Assembly (NCBI GenBank): GCA_963716475.1
Contig: OY970314.1
Coordinates: 10,479-74,478 of the forward strand
DNA from: Candidatus Woesebacteria bacterium
GTDB taxonomy: Bacteria > Patescibacteriota > Microgenomatia > UBA8517
Reading direction: 5' to 3'
Length of the DNA stretch: 64,000 nucleotides
In this document: positions 1 through 11,781 of the stretch, piece after piece
How the letters are laid out: every line of letters begins with the position of its first letter
Position numbering within the stretch: position 1 is the stretch's first letter
Position numbers and translations under genes: made by a program
Notes under the pieces: model-generated
What the model was told of the DNA's origin: nothing
Seen by the model: the letters and a program-made list of their open reading frames with translations, nothing else
Database searches by the model: none

Positions 1-7
1 ATGTGGA

Positions 8-2954
<2,947 letters not shown>

Positions 2955-2997
2955 ATTTGGGACGCGACCTTTCTTTTCTAACATTTCAAGACATTTT

Positions 2998-3113
2998 TCT
3001 GGTGATTAGTGCGCAGTGGTACCACCTGATCCCTTTCCGAACTCAGAAGTGAAACGCTGTAGCGGAGACGATAGTTCTCGGGCAACTGAGCGCGAAAATA
3101 TCTCATCGCCAGA
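2998..3113 (+). rRNA. rrf: 5S ribosomal RNA
   Basis: 'ccacctgatccctttccgaactcagaagtgaaacgctgtagcg' matches the conserved 5S loop B/C core. Terminal helix I pairs 'tctggtgat' (2998-3006) with 'atcgccaga' (3104-3112). It lies ~45 nt downstream of the 23S. Confidence 0.85.
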
Positions 3114-3135
3114 ACAATGTCTTGAAAGAAGAAAA

Positions 3136-3166
3136 ATCCCCCGTTTTAAAGCGGGGGATTTTTTGT
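3136..3166 (+). terminator. Rho-independent terminator of the rRNA operon
   Basis: Perfect GC-rich hairpin 'atcccccg'-tttaaag-'cgggggat' followed by TTTTTT, immediately after the 5S. Confidence 0.8.
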
Positions 3167-3248
3167 GGTTCTGTTATTTTTTCTCTTGTCACTTCTCAAT
3201 TTTAGGCGTACAATACCACTATTACGAAAAGAAAGGCGGTAATGAAAA

Positions 3249-4346
3249 GTGAGCTTAAAATCAACTTCATCTAAAGAGCCGACCATGGCGGAGCTTCTGG
3301 CTCGTGCCAAAAATAAAGTTCAAACATTTACAAAAGGCCAAAGGCTATTGGGTAAAGTCCTATCCAAAACGGACTCTGTGGTTCTTTTTGATATTGGTGG
3401 CAAGTCCGAAGGAATAGTTAAGGAAAAAGGCTACACGGATGCCAAAGAATATATTGACGGTATTAAAGTCGGGGATGACGTTATGGTTACCATTTTGGTG
3501 CCCGAAACCCGTGAAGGAACTACAATTTTGGGCCTTAAAGATGCAATGAAAGATATTTCTTGGGAGAAATTGGAAGCAGCCAAAAAGACTGGTGAGCCGG
3601 TTCCGGTTTTTGGCAAGGGAGTAAACACGCCGGGATTTGTGGTTGATGTAATGGGGATAGAAGGATTTATTCCGACATCCCAACTTGGTAAAGAAATTAC
3701 CGGAAATCCTCAAAATTTAGTCGGGAAATACTTCAAGGCCCGCGTTATGGAAGTCGATAAAATGAATAAAAAAGTAGTTCTATCCGAGAAAGAAGTGTCG
3801 GAAGCAGGGAATATTGCCCTGGTCAAAGAAGCCCTGAAGAAGGTCAAAGAGGGAGAAATCTACGAAGGAGTCGTTACCACGGTTGCTCCTTTTGGCGCTT
3901 TTGTAAAAATTGAAGTGCCTGTCAAAAAAGAGAAAGCCGAAGTCGAAGGGCTGGTCCACGTTTCCGAACTTTCTTTCAGTAGAGTTAACCTTCCCTCAGA
4001 TGTTATTCATGAAGGTGATAAAGTCCAAGTTAAAGTCTTGGCAGCACACGAAGGTAAATTGGCACTTTCGGTTAAGCAGGCCAAGAAAGACCCCTGGGAG
4101 GGTGTTCCCGAAAAATATAAGTCTGAAGATAAAGTTACGGGAAAGGTTGTCCGGGTCAGCGATTTTGGCGCGTTTGTTGAATTGGAACCCGGGGTTGAGG
4201 GCCTAATTCATATTACCCAGATCCCTCCGGCGTATAAAATTGCCACCGGTCAGGAAGTTAAATGTACAATTGAAGAAGTTAACCTGAAAGATAAACGTAT
4301 TGCCCTAGGCCTCGTTTTGACCTCCGTCCCCGTCGGGTACAAGTAA
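3249..4346 (+). CDS. rpsA: 30S ribosomal protein S1-like protein with four S1 (OB-fold) domains
   Basis: 365-aa ORF with four repeated S1-type segments (e.g. 'GKVLSKTDSVVLFDIGGKSEGIV', 'GKYFKARVMEVDKMNKKVVLSEKE', 'IYEGVVTTVAPFGAFVKIE..GLVHVSELS', 'KVTGKVVRVSDFGAFVELEPGVEGLIHITQI'). Putative GTG start at 3249 preceded by 'aaaggcgg'; an alternative ATG lies at 3286. Confidence 0.65.
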   Translation: MSLKSTSSKEPTMAELLARAKNKVQTFTKGQRLLGKVLSKTDSVVLFDIGGKSEGIVKEKGYTDAKEYIDGIKVGDDVMVTILVPETREGTTILGLKDAMKDISWEKLEAAKKTGEPVPVFGKGVNTPGFVVDVMGIEGFIPTSQLGKEITGNPQNLVGKYFKARVMEVDKMNKKVVLSEKEVSEAGNIALVKEALKKVKEGEIYEGVVTTVAPFGAFVKIEVPVKKEKAEVEGLVHVSELSFSRVNLPSDVIHEGDKVQVKVLAAHEGKLALSVKQAKKDPWEGVPEKYKSEDKVTGKVVRVSDFGAFVELEPGVEGLIHITQIPPAYKIATGQEVKCTIEEVNLKDKRIALGLVLTSVPVGYK

Positions 4347-4568
4347 ACCGGGTTTATAAAGGTGTTTTTCTTCGTCGTAGACAATAAGCTCACTTATTAT
4401 TCCTTCAATAAGGGTTTGCATGAGGCTGTCATAAAATCCCATATTTTCCTTGTCAATAATTTCTTCGATATCTTTCTGGCTCAAACCTTCTGGAGTACTA
4501 TTTATGGCACCAAATAGCATTTCTTCAGAATCTTGCGGACCGGGGTAATGTTCAATTTTCTCTTGCAC
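4305..4568 (-). CDS. Small acidic hypothetical protein (87 aa)
   Basis: ORF with a GTG start that fills the rpsA-radA gap and overlaps the rpsA 3' end by 42 nt. No recognisable motif. Confidence 0.25.
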   Translation of the reverse strand: MQEKIEHYPGPQDSEEMLFGAINSTPEGLSQKDIEEIIDKENMGFYDSLMQTLIEGIISELIVYDEEKHLYKPGLLVPDGDGGQNEA

Positions 4569-4631
4569 CTTAGGTACTAGACTATATTTTTTCGAAAAAA
4601 TGTCAAGTAAGACGTAGTATAATCGTTTTCG

Positions 4632-5951
4632 ATGTCACTTCACTCAAAGTATGTTTGCCAGCAGTGCGGATATGAATCTACGGGTTGGCTTGGAAAATGT
4701 CCTGAATGTGGAACCTGGAATAGCCTGGTTGAGACAGTTGTTGAGATAAGCTCTAAATCCAAATCAGTGCCGCGTCGCCAAAGTTCATCAGTTCAGGCAA
4801 AAACAGTCAGACTTTCCGATATAAAATCGGTCGATACAAAGCGCATTTCAACCAAAATCTCCGAACTTGATCGGGTTCTTGGTGGGGGTTTAGTCCTCGG
4901 ACAGGTGGTATTAATTGCGGGTGAACCCGGCATCGGTAAGTCTACGCTTCTTACGCAAATTTCGGAGACTTTGGGAAATGTGCTTTATGTTTGCGGGGAG
5001 GAATCTCCCGGCCAGATTGCTATCAGAGCAAAGAGGTTAGGAGTGAAGAATAAAAATATTCAGCTACTGGAGACTACCGATGCAGATTCGGTGATTGATC
5101 ATCTGGATTCAAACCCTCAGCCCTTAGGCGCCATAATCGTTGATTCTATCCAAACCATGACCACAGGGGACCTCTCGGGCATGGCAGGAAGCGTCGGACA
5201 GGTCAGAGAGTGTGCTTTCAGACTCCTTCGGGCAGCAAAGGAGCGTAATATACCCCTATTTTTAGTCGGGCACGTTACTAAGGAAGGTACAGTTGCCGGC
5301 CCGGCGGTACTGGCTCATATAGTTGATACCGTTCTCTGGTTTGAGGGCGATAAGACGCTTACCACACGGGTTCTCAGGGCCGTCAAAAACCGCTTTGGCC
5401 CTACAGATGAAGTCGGGGTATTTGAAATGAGGGATACAGGGCTGATGCCTGTCGGCAATATCGAAAAGGCATTTTTGGAAAAAGGTGTTAAGGATGTTTC
5501 GGGCAGTATTGCCACAAGCGTAATGCAAGGAACGCGTCCGATTTTAGTCGAAATTCAGGCTTTGGTCGTACCTACAAAACTTATGATCCCCAGGAGGGTT
5601 GCCCAGGGGATAGATTCCAGACGTCTCGAACTCCTCCTAGCGGTTCTGACCAGGAGGTGCGGCTTACCCCTATATGAATACGACGTTTTTGTAAACGTCG
5701 CGGGAGGACTTAAGGTAACCGAGCCGGCAAGTGATTTGGCAATTTGTCTCGCTGTTGCTTCAAGTTATTTTGATAAATCCATTTCCGGAAAAATTATAGC
5801 CGTTGGGGAAGTGGGACTACTCGGGGAGATCCGTGAAGTGGTGGCGCAGGACAAGAGAATAAAAGAAGCAAAAAGGCTTGGGTTTATAATAGCGATTACT
5901 TCAAAAGAGGTAAAGTATGTAGGGGCTGCTATTAAACAACTCTTCAAATAA
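4632..5951 (+). CDS. radA: DNA repair protein RadA/Sms
   Basis: N-terminal C4 zinc ribbon 'CQQCGYESTGWLGKCPECG', Walker A 'GEPGIGKST', RecA-like core and a Lon-protease-like C-terminal domain. 439 aa. Confidence 0.9.
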   Translation: MSLHSKYVCQQCGYESTGWLGKCPECGTWNSLVETVVEISSKSKSVPRRQSSSVQAKTVRLSDIKSVDTKRISTKISELDRVLGGGLVLGQVVLIAGEPGIGKSTLLTQISETLGNVLYVCGEESPGQIAIRAKRLGVKNKNIQLLETTDADSVIDHLDSNPQPLGAIIVDSIQTMTTGDLSGMAGSVGQVRECAFRLLRAAKERNIPLFLVGHVTKEGTVAGPAVLAHIVDTVLWFEGDKTLTTRVLRAVKNRFGPTDEVGVFEMRDTGLMPVGNIEKAFLEKGVKDVSGSIATSVMQGTRPILVEIQALVVPTKLMIPRRVAQGIDSRRLELLLAVLTRRCGLPLYEYDVFVNVAGGLKVTEPASDLAICLAVASSYFDKSISGKIIAVGEVGLLGEIREVVAQDKRIKEAKRLGFIIAITSKEVKYVGAAIKQLFK

Positions 5952-6356
5952 TTACTCCACAAGATATCCACAATTTTTGAGTATAAAAATATAGTGCCGT
6001 ATATACGGACTTATTAGAGTATTTACGACTATAGGTGAGTAAATATTTATGGTTAATTATGTTATAGGGTTTGACAGAGTTGACATGGAGTGTTACACTT
6101 TTTCTTGAACATTGAAATCGGTTGGTGAAAGCCAAAAAAAGAGCATCGCCATCGTTGGGTTCTCCTCTAATTTCTAGTGGGACTCGCCACGAGTAGAGAT
6201 GCTCTTTCAAAACTATAACGAAGTAAATTTTCAAGTACTTCGTACAGGAGATTTGTCTTGCGGACAGGTTAATTCGGAACTAACTATATCAAGACAAATC
6301 GTAATCAGACTAAAACGAATAGAGGGGGTTGTCAAGCCCCTTTGAGATTTGGTTGT

Positions 6357-6448
6357 GAAATGCACTTTTTACCCGGTTTGAGGGACGGGTGGATTCTAGG
6401 GCAGGGGATCTACCCGTTCCTCAAGTTTGGTAGGGAGTGCATTTTTTG
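6357..6448 (+). terminator. Long imperfect hairpin ending in a U-run; candidate intrinsic terminator or 3' end of a small RNA
   Basis: 'aaatgcac...tttgagg-gacgggtggat-[tctagggcagggg]-atctacccgttc-ctcaag...gtgcatttttt'. The nested complementary arms were checked by eye, and a T6 run follows the 3' arm. Confidence 0.4.
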
Positions 6449-6455
6449 GTTCTGC

Positions 6456-6484
6456 TTGCTTTTTGACCTCATATAGCCTATAAT
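6456..6484 (+). promoter_or_regulatory. Sigma70-like promoter for the sortase gene (TTGCTT-17-TATAAT)
   Basis: -35 'ttgctt' (6456-6461), 17-nt spacer, and a perfect -10 'tataat' (6479-6484) about 14 nt upstream of the ATG at 6498, implying a near-leaderless mRNA. Confidence 0.35.
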
Positions 6485-6497
6485 AGCGACATTAATC

Positions 6498-7229
6498 ATG
6501 GCAGAAGTTATTATCTATCACCATCTTTACAATAAGAAATTTGGCACGGTAGCTGTGGCTGGGCCTCCGGTCAGAGTCTTTAGTTCGGAAAGACTGACAG
6601 GAAAGGCAGCCTCAACCCTACCCAGGCTTTCAAAATTTACAGCCTTGATTGGAATAGCTTTGATCCTCTTTTTCTATGTTCCGAAGGTCTTGGCTTGGGG
6701 AGGGAACGTTGTTGCCACAACCTTTGAAAATTTCAGAATGTCCAAGGCTGAAGTTCAGACTCTGACAAGTGATCTAAATATATCAAAACCTGTCTATGAC
6801 CCTCCTTTTGACCCGAGGCTTCCGGCCACGAATCACCTCCTTATTCCGTCAATCGGGGTGAATACCGATATTCAGGAGGCTACTGCCGATGACTATGAGG
6901 AAGCACTCCGGAAAGGCGTTTGGAGAGTTTCCGATTTTGGCGCCCCGAATGATAACGGCAGGCCGATAATTCTTGCCGCGCACAGGTTCGGGTACTTGGC
7001 CTGGACCAATTCCTACAGGCATAACAATTCCTTTTACAATCTCCCCAAAGTGAAGGTTGGGGATGTGGTGGAAATAGACTGGAATCAAAAGAAATATTTA
7101 TACGAGGTTTACGCAACCAGTAGCGGGACCCAAATCCTGGATTATTCGGCTGACCTGATCCTATATACATGCGAGACATTGGAGGGAACCGAGAAGGTTT
7201 TTGTTTATGCTCATCTAATGTGGATTTAA
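6498..7229 (+). CDS. Sortase-family transpeptidase
   Basis: N-terminal TM segment 'FTALIGIALILFFYVPKVLAWGG'. Catalytic-His context 'ILAAHRFGY' and a TLxTC-type catalytic-Cys motif 'LILYTCETLEG'. 243 aa. Confidence 0.7.
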   Translation: MAEVIIYHHLYNKKFGTVAVAGPPVRVFSSERLTGKAASTLPRLSKFTALIGIALILFFYVPKVLAWGGNVVATTFENFRMSKAEVQTLTSDLNISKPVYDPPFDPRLPATNHLLIPSIGVNTDIQEATADDYEEALRKGVWRVSDFGAPNDNGRPIILAAHRFGYLAWTNSYRHNNSFYNLPKVKVGDVVEIDWNQKKYLYEVYATSSGTQILDYSADLILYTCETLEGTEKVFVYAHLMWI

Positions 7230-7331
7230 GGCAAAATGAACCCAAGAACCCAAATAACACCAAGTATCAACAGGTTAACGTCTTATAATGTTGACAAATC
7301 GGATATTTCATGGTACAGTTCGCCCATCAAT

Positions 7332-7571
7332 ATGAAAAAGTTGATTTTTGCAGTTTTGGCAGTAGCGTTTCTAGCCACGCCGGTTGGAGTTTTGGCCGAT
7401 GAAACACAAATAATTTGTCCCCAAGCCTACGGAGGGGGAGTTGTCTGTGCAGTTCATACGACTGTAAACACAGGTTTGGGAGATAATTTGGCCATAATTG
7501 GAGGGGTTCTTCTGGTCTCTTCAGTGTTATTCTCGATTCTGTCCAGGAAATTTAAAAGAGTTTCCGCTTAA
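7332..7571 (+). CDS. Small secreted Cys-containing peptide with a sortase-sorting-signal-like C-terminus
   Basis: Signal peptide 'MKKLIFAVLAVAFLATPVGVLA'. Short mature part 'DETQIICPQAYGGGVVCAVHTTVNTGLGD', then a hydrophobic stretch 'LAIIGGVLLVSSVLFSIL' and a basic tail 'SRKFKRVSA'. It lies directly downstream of the sortase. The longer 7236 start looks unlikely. Confidence 0.45.
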   Translation: MKKLIFAVLAVAFLATPVGVLADETQIICPQAYGGGVVCAVHTTVNTGLGDNLAIIGGVLLVSSVLFSILSRKFKRVSA

Positions 7572-7833
7572 CATCTGACCCATTCAGGTCATCACAAATG
7601 CGTGACGGCTTGATAAGTCAGTAGTTAGCTCTTTAATATATCGAGGCAAATATATAAAATTAACGCCAGTCCAAGGCGATCAAGTGACTGATAGTTGAAA
7701 GTCACAAGGATACAACTTTTTGTTTTCTGGCCAGAAAGCAAACACATCATTCTCGCTTCTGAAAGGAGGTGCAAGAAATCAAGAAAACGTTTGTTTTGTG
7801 TGCCAAACATATTTTTTTCACATCTGAGGAGGT

Positions 7834-8763
7834 GTGATTATGAAGACTAATACGAAGTTGTTTTTGACGGGGGCAGTTTCTGTTCTACTTTCGCTTATGC
7901 TGATTCTGGGCATGGTTGCCGTTTGGCCTGTTCCTCAAATGATTTCGAGGACAGCAATGGTGGCGGCTCGGGCAGCTGCAGTGAAGGGTGATACAGGCCC
8001 CACGGGTCCGCAAGGACTTCCCGGCGTTGGCGCTATCGGCCCACAAGGCCCCGCCGGTCCCGCCGGTACGTCAGTTGATCTGACAACGCTTTGGGATGAT
8101 CCCGCTTTCAGAGAAGCTGTTACAAAAGCCATGGCTCCGGTGCCAGTAGGTGCTGTCGTTACACAGCTTCAAAACACCCAAGAAATGGGGCAATGGAAAA
8201 TCCAGTATTACACTGGAGCCACTGACCTAATGAAGGGATTTGTCTTTACAGACTTTGTCCCTGGGTGGAAAGCGTTTCCCAATGAGGATTGGCCAGCAGG
8301 AAATTTCCTGTCGAAAAATGGACTGGAATTCGGTCAGCAATTGTCTGACTTCTGTCAGCAAGACCAAACATGCGACTTTCCCGTCGCAGCCAGGTCCTAT
8401 CGGTCAATTACCGGTGATTACAATATTTCTGGCATTGGAGAATGCCACGAAGCAGGCACCGGTATCGGTTGCGGAGTGATTATCGTCAACGTTGGCGATG
8501 TCATGGCAGAATACCGTAACCAAATGGTCGATTCCGGCTATACAGTTACCGGTCTGTACTGGAATGGGAATGAATTAGATCAGGCGATCAGCGCGTGGGC
8601 TTCCCATGTTGCTTACCGCATGATCGGTATTCCCAGCTCCAACCCCGCCGATCCCGGCAGCAACTGCTCTGTACCAACAGGGTGCAAGGGTGATGATCTC
8701 ACCTTCGCTGTCACCTCGGGTCTAGAGTTGCTTATGCTAGGCCATGCGGTGGTCCAGCCGTAG
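7834..8763 (+). CDS. Membrane-anchored collagen-like (G-X-Y repeat) protein with a Cys-rich C-terminal domain
   Basis: Strong SD 'gaggaggtg' before the ATG. N-terminal TM 'LFLTGAVSVLLSLMLILGMVAVW'. Nine consecutive G-X-Y triplets 'GDTGPTGPQGLPGVGAIGPQGPAGPAG'. The C-terminal ~200 aa carry seven Cys. Confidence 0.6.
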   Translation: MIMKTNTKLFLTGAVSVLLSLMLILGMVAVWPVPQMISRTAMVAARAAAVKGDTGPTGPQGLPGVGAIGPQGPAGPAGTSVDLTTLWDDPAFREAVTKAMAPVPVGAVVTQLQNTQEMGQWKIQYYTGATDLMKGFVFTDFVPGWKAFPNEDWPAGNFLSKNGLEFGQQLSDFCQQDQTCDFPVAARSYRSITGDYNISGIGECHEAGTGIGCGVIIVNVGDVMAEYRNQMVDSGYTVTGLYWNGNELDQAISAWASHVAYRMIGIPSSNPADPGSNCSVPTGCKGDDLTFAVTSGLELLMLGHAVVQP

Positions 8764-8834
8764 CTAAAATAGCTACAATCCTACCCTTTTCATAAATAAA
8801 TTTTTGCCTCGATCCGGCTCTGCACATAATCTTT

Positions 8835-8871
8835 CACCTTTGGGTGATTTTAAACTTTCACCTTTAGGTGA
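8835..8871 (+). promoter_or_regulatory. Two tandem palindromic sites TCACCTTT(G/A)GGTGA, candidate operator
   Basis: 'tcacctttgggtga' (8835-8848) and 'tcacctttaggtga' (8858-8871), 23 nt centre to centre. They are flanked by inverted 'ctgcacataatc'/'gatttgtgcag' and sit ~70 nt upstream of the 8943 ORF. Confidence 0.35.
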
Positions 8872-8942
8872 TTTTTAAAAAAAGATTTGTGCAGGGCCGT
8901 TCGACTAAGAGAATAATTTTTATATTGTTAATTTAGCCGAGC

Positions 8943-11687
8943 ATGAAAAAAAATCTTCTCAAGTTTCTTCTTCCAGCGGTATTGGTAACAATATCGCTTT
9001 TTTTGTGTTTTAAAAATTACACCCCCGGAACTTATCTTCTCGGTTGGGATTCCCTCCACCCCGAATTTAACTTTCCTGAGGCTTTTGCCCGTGTTTGGGA
9101 CGGGGTATGGAGAGCCGAGCAGGGGATAGGAACTCTTGCGGCCCATTCGCATATGGCCGATTTTCCAAGAATCGTTCTTTTGTGGCTGGAATCGGCCGTT
9201 ATATCGGCATCGTTCCTGCGTTATTCTTACATTTTTCTATGTTTAATTTTAGGACCGCTTGGAGTCTACTTTTTCTTGAAGTATGTATTTCGTACCGAAA
9301 AGGAAAGCGTCTGGGCTTATCCTGCCGCCTTTTTGGGAGCACTTTTTTATCTTCTGAATCTTAGTACATTACAGAATTTCTTTGTGCCTTTTGAAATGTT
9401 TGCCGCGGCATTTGCTTTTGTCCCCTGGGTGGCAATTACCGGGCTTAAATATCTAAGGGAGGGAGGCAAACGAAACCTGTTACTTTGGGCGGCAATTTTG
9501 ATTATATCTTCACCGATGGCTTATGCAGCTACCCTTTGGTATGCCAGTTTTGCTGGACTATTCATCTTTCTGGTCGCATCCGCCCTGATACCTTCGGGCA
9601 GGAAATTAAAAATTAAGAGATTATTATTTCTGCTTCTTACTGCGGTACTTCTGAATTCATACTGGATTCTGCCTAATATTTACTCTGTTTCTAATCAGTC
9701 CGGGATAATTTCCAACTCAAACATCAACCGTCTTTTCAGCTCCGAAGCTTTCCTTCGAAACCGCGATTATGGTGACCCTGCCGATATCCTTTTACAAAGA
9801 AGTTTCCTATTCAGTTGGCGCAATTTTGATACTGTCAGCAATCAATTTACCGACCTTATGGGAGTTTGGACGAAGTATTTGTCAAATCCGATTGTTCTTG
9901 GTGTGGGTTATACCCTGGCCGGCATGTCGGTACTTGGCCTTATCGCGGGGATTGTCAAACGCCAGAAAGTAGCTATAGCCATGATTCCTGCGACCCTATT
10001 TGCTCTTTTTTTCCTGATTAATATTAACCCTCCAACAGGAGGTCTATATGCCTACTTCTACAATAATTTTGGCGTTTTCGCAGAAGGATTTCGAATGCCT
10101 TTTTCCAAATTGTCGATTTTATATGAATTTTTGGCTTCATTTTACTTCGGATACTTTGCTTTTGTTTTACTTATCTTCAAAGAAGATCGTTTGAGGAAAG
10201 TAATTCGGTTATTTTTTATTTTTGTAAAAACATTGTTTTTCCTGTCGGTTACCGCTGGAGCGATATATTTCATGCTGCCGGCATTTAACGGATGGCTTAT
10301 TGGCCCAAATGTTAGAAAAGCCTTACCGGCTGAATATAAGGAAGTATTTAATTGGTTTAATTCAAATGCTTACGGCCGTGTCGCACTATTCCCGATTAAT
10401 TCCAAATACGGGTGGGAATATAGAAGTTGGGGGTATGAAGGATCGGGATTTTTAACTTACGGGACCTCAGATCCGATTTTATACCGTGATTTTGACCGCT
10501 GGAATATCGGCAATGAAGACTTTTACAACCAAAGCGCATTCGCACTTTATACAAACAATGCCCTGGCCCTTGTCAATACGGCTAAAAAATATCAGGTAAA
10601 GTATATCCTTTTGGATGAATCGATAATTAATCCGGGAGGAACTCCCGACCTTCTTAAAATTCCGGACCTTAAAAATATTTTTGTGGTAGACGGGTTCAAA
10701 AAGGTTGCAAATTTTGGTTTTTTGACAATCTACGATACAGGTTATGGGCAAGCGGAAGTATCTGCGCCATCTAAATTTATTCAAACGGGGTTTCTCTTAT
10801 CTTATTCGCCAGTTGATCCTGTTTATGAAAAATATGGTGATTATATATACACCAGCGAGGCACTCCCTGTTCGAAAGTCACCCGACCTGCCTCATGTAAT
10901 CCCTGCAGTTTCGGAGAATTTTTCCATAAACCGTGGGTTTCCTGAGGCATATAACTGCGATTTGACAAAGAACGGGACTGTTTTTAAACAGAATTCTCCT
11001 GAGGGAATATTGTACCGTGCGGAAGGCGGAGGAGCGTCCTGTGATTATCTGGGTTATCTGGACCTCAAGTATACCCAGGCGTATGTTCTGAGAGTTGCGG
11101 GGGTAAATAGGCAAGGGCGAAGCATAAAAATGTATTTGTTTAATCAGTATTCCCAGGTGCCGGATATTGAGGAGATTCTGCCTTCCGGTAACTTTGATAA
11201 AACCTATCTTGTTTATCCGAAATATGTAAAAGGAACAGGTTATGTTTTAAATCTTGAGACAAGATCTTTTGGACGGATTGCCTCGGAAAACCTTTTGACA
11301 AAAGTTGAATTTTATCCGGTTGACAATAACTATCTTCAAAACTTTGAGGGAGTCAACTTACAAAATGTAAACAGTGTCCAAAACAATATGAAAATTATGA
11401 GTATCAAAAGTTACGGAAACTGGGCATATAAAGTTATTGCAAGCGGAGACGTTCTTCTCGAGTTGGGGCAAGGGTATGATCCGGGTTGGACGGCAATCCC
11501 GACATCCAAACATGAACTGCAGCATGTAGAGGCTAACGGTTGGGCCAACGGATGGATTGTCCCCTCAAATCAACCATTTGACCAATCAACAATTTACATA
11601 TTCTTCTGGCCCCAGCTTCTGGAGTGGGGAGGAGGAATTTTAGGTATAGCTACACTTTTGGTGTTGATTTTTAAACGCAGGCGATAG
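8943..11687 (+). CDS. Large polytopic membrane protein (914 aa), putative GT-C-type glycosyltransferase
   Basis: About 10+ hydrophobic TM segments in the first ~450 aa and a large C-terminal soluble domain. No motif firmly recognised, so the function call is by architecture only. Confidence 0.55.
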   Translation: MKKNLLKFLLPAVLVTISLFLCFKNYTPGTYLLGWDSLHPEFNFPEAFARVWDGVWRAEQGIGTLAAHSHMADFPRIVLLWLESAVISASFLRYSYIFLCLILGPLGVYFFLKYVFRTEKESVWAYPAAFLGALFYLLNLSTLQNFFVPFEMFAAAFAFVPWVAITGLKYLREGGKRNLLLWAAILIISSPMAYAATLWYASFAGLFIFLVASALIPSGRKLKIKRLLFLLLTAVLLNSYWILPNIYSVSNQSGIISNSNINRLFSSEAFLRNRDYGDPADILLQRSFLFSWRNFDTVSNQFTDLMGVWTKYLSNPIVLGVGYTLAGMSVLGLIAGIVKRQKVAIAMIPATLFALFFLININPPTGGLYAYFYNNFGVFAEGFRMPFSKLSILYEFLASFYFGYFAFVLLIFKEDRLRKVIRLFFIFVKTLFFLSVTAGAIYFMLPAFNGWLIGPNVRKALPAEYKEVFNWFNSNAYGRVALFPINSKYGWEYRSWGYEGSGFLTYGTSDPILYRDFDRWNIGNEDFYNQSAFALYTNNALALVNTAKKYQVKYILLDESIINPGGTPDLLKIPDLKNIFVVDGFKKVANFGFLTIYDTGYGQAEVSAPSKFIQTGFLLSYSPVDPVYEKYGDYIYTSEALPVRKSPDLPHVIPAVSENFSINRGFPEAYNCDLTKNGTVFKQNSPEGILYRAEGGGASCDYLGYLDLKYTQAYVLRVAGVNRQGRSIKMYLFNQYSQVPDIEEILPSGNFDKTYLVYPKYVKGTGYVLNLETRSFGRIASENLLTKVEFYPVDNNYLQNFEGVNLQNVNSVQNNMKIMSIKSYGNWAYKVIASGDVLLELGQGYDPGWTAIPTSKHELQHVEANGWANGWIVPSNQPFDQSTIYIFFWPQLLEWGGGILGIATLLVLIFKRRR

Positions 11688-11781
11688 CTGAGTAGTTGTG
11701 AAAGTTCTAAATTGTTGGCGATAACCAGCTTCAAAAGCACCATTTACTTTAGACAAACAACCTATATATACTGAAAGTGTT

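Noticed and set aside
3016-3252. 78-aa plus-strand ORF
   Set aside because: It spans the 5S rRNA and its terminator, so it is not coding.
7760-7836. Second SD-like 'gaaaggaggtg' ~60 nt upstream of the collagen-like gene's own SD; possible leader peptide
   Set aside because: No suitably spaced start codon follows the first SD, and the only in-frame GTG is part of the SD itself.
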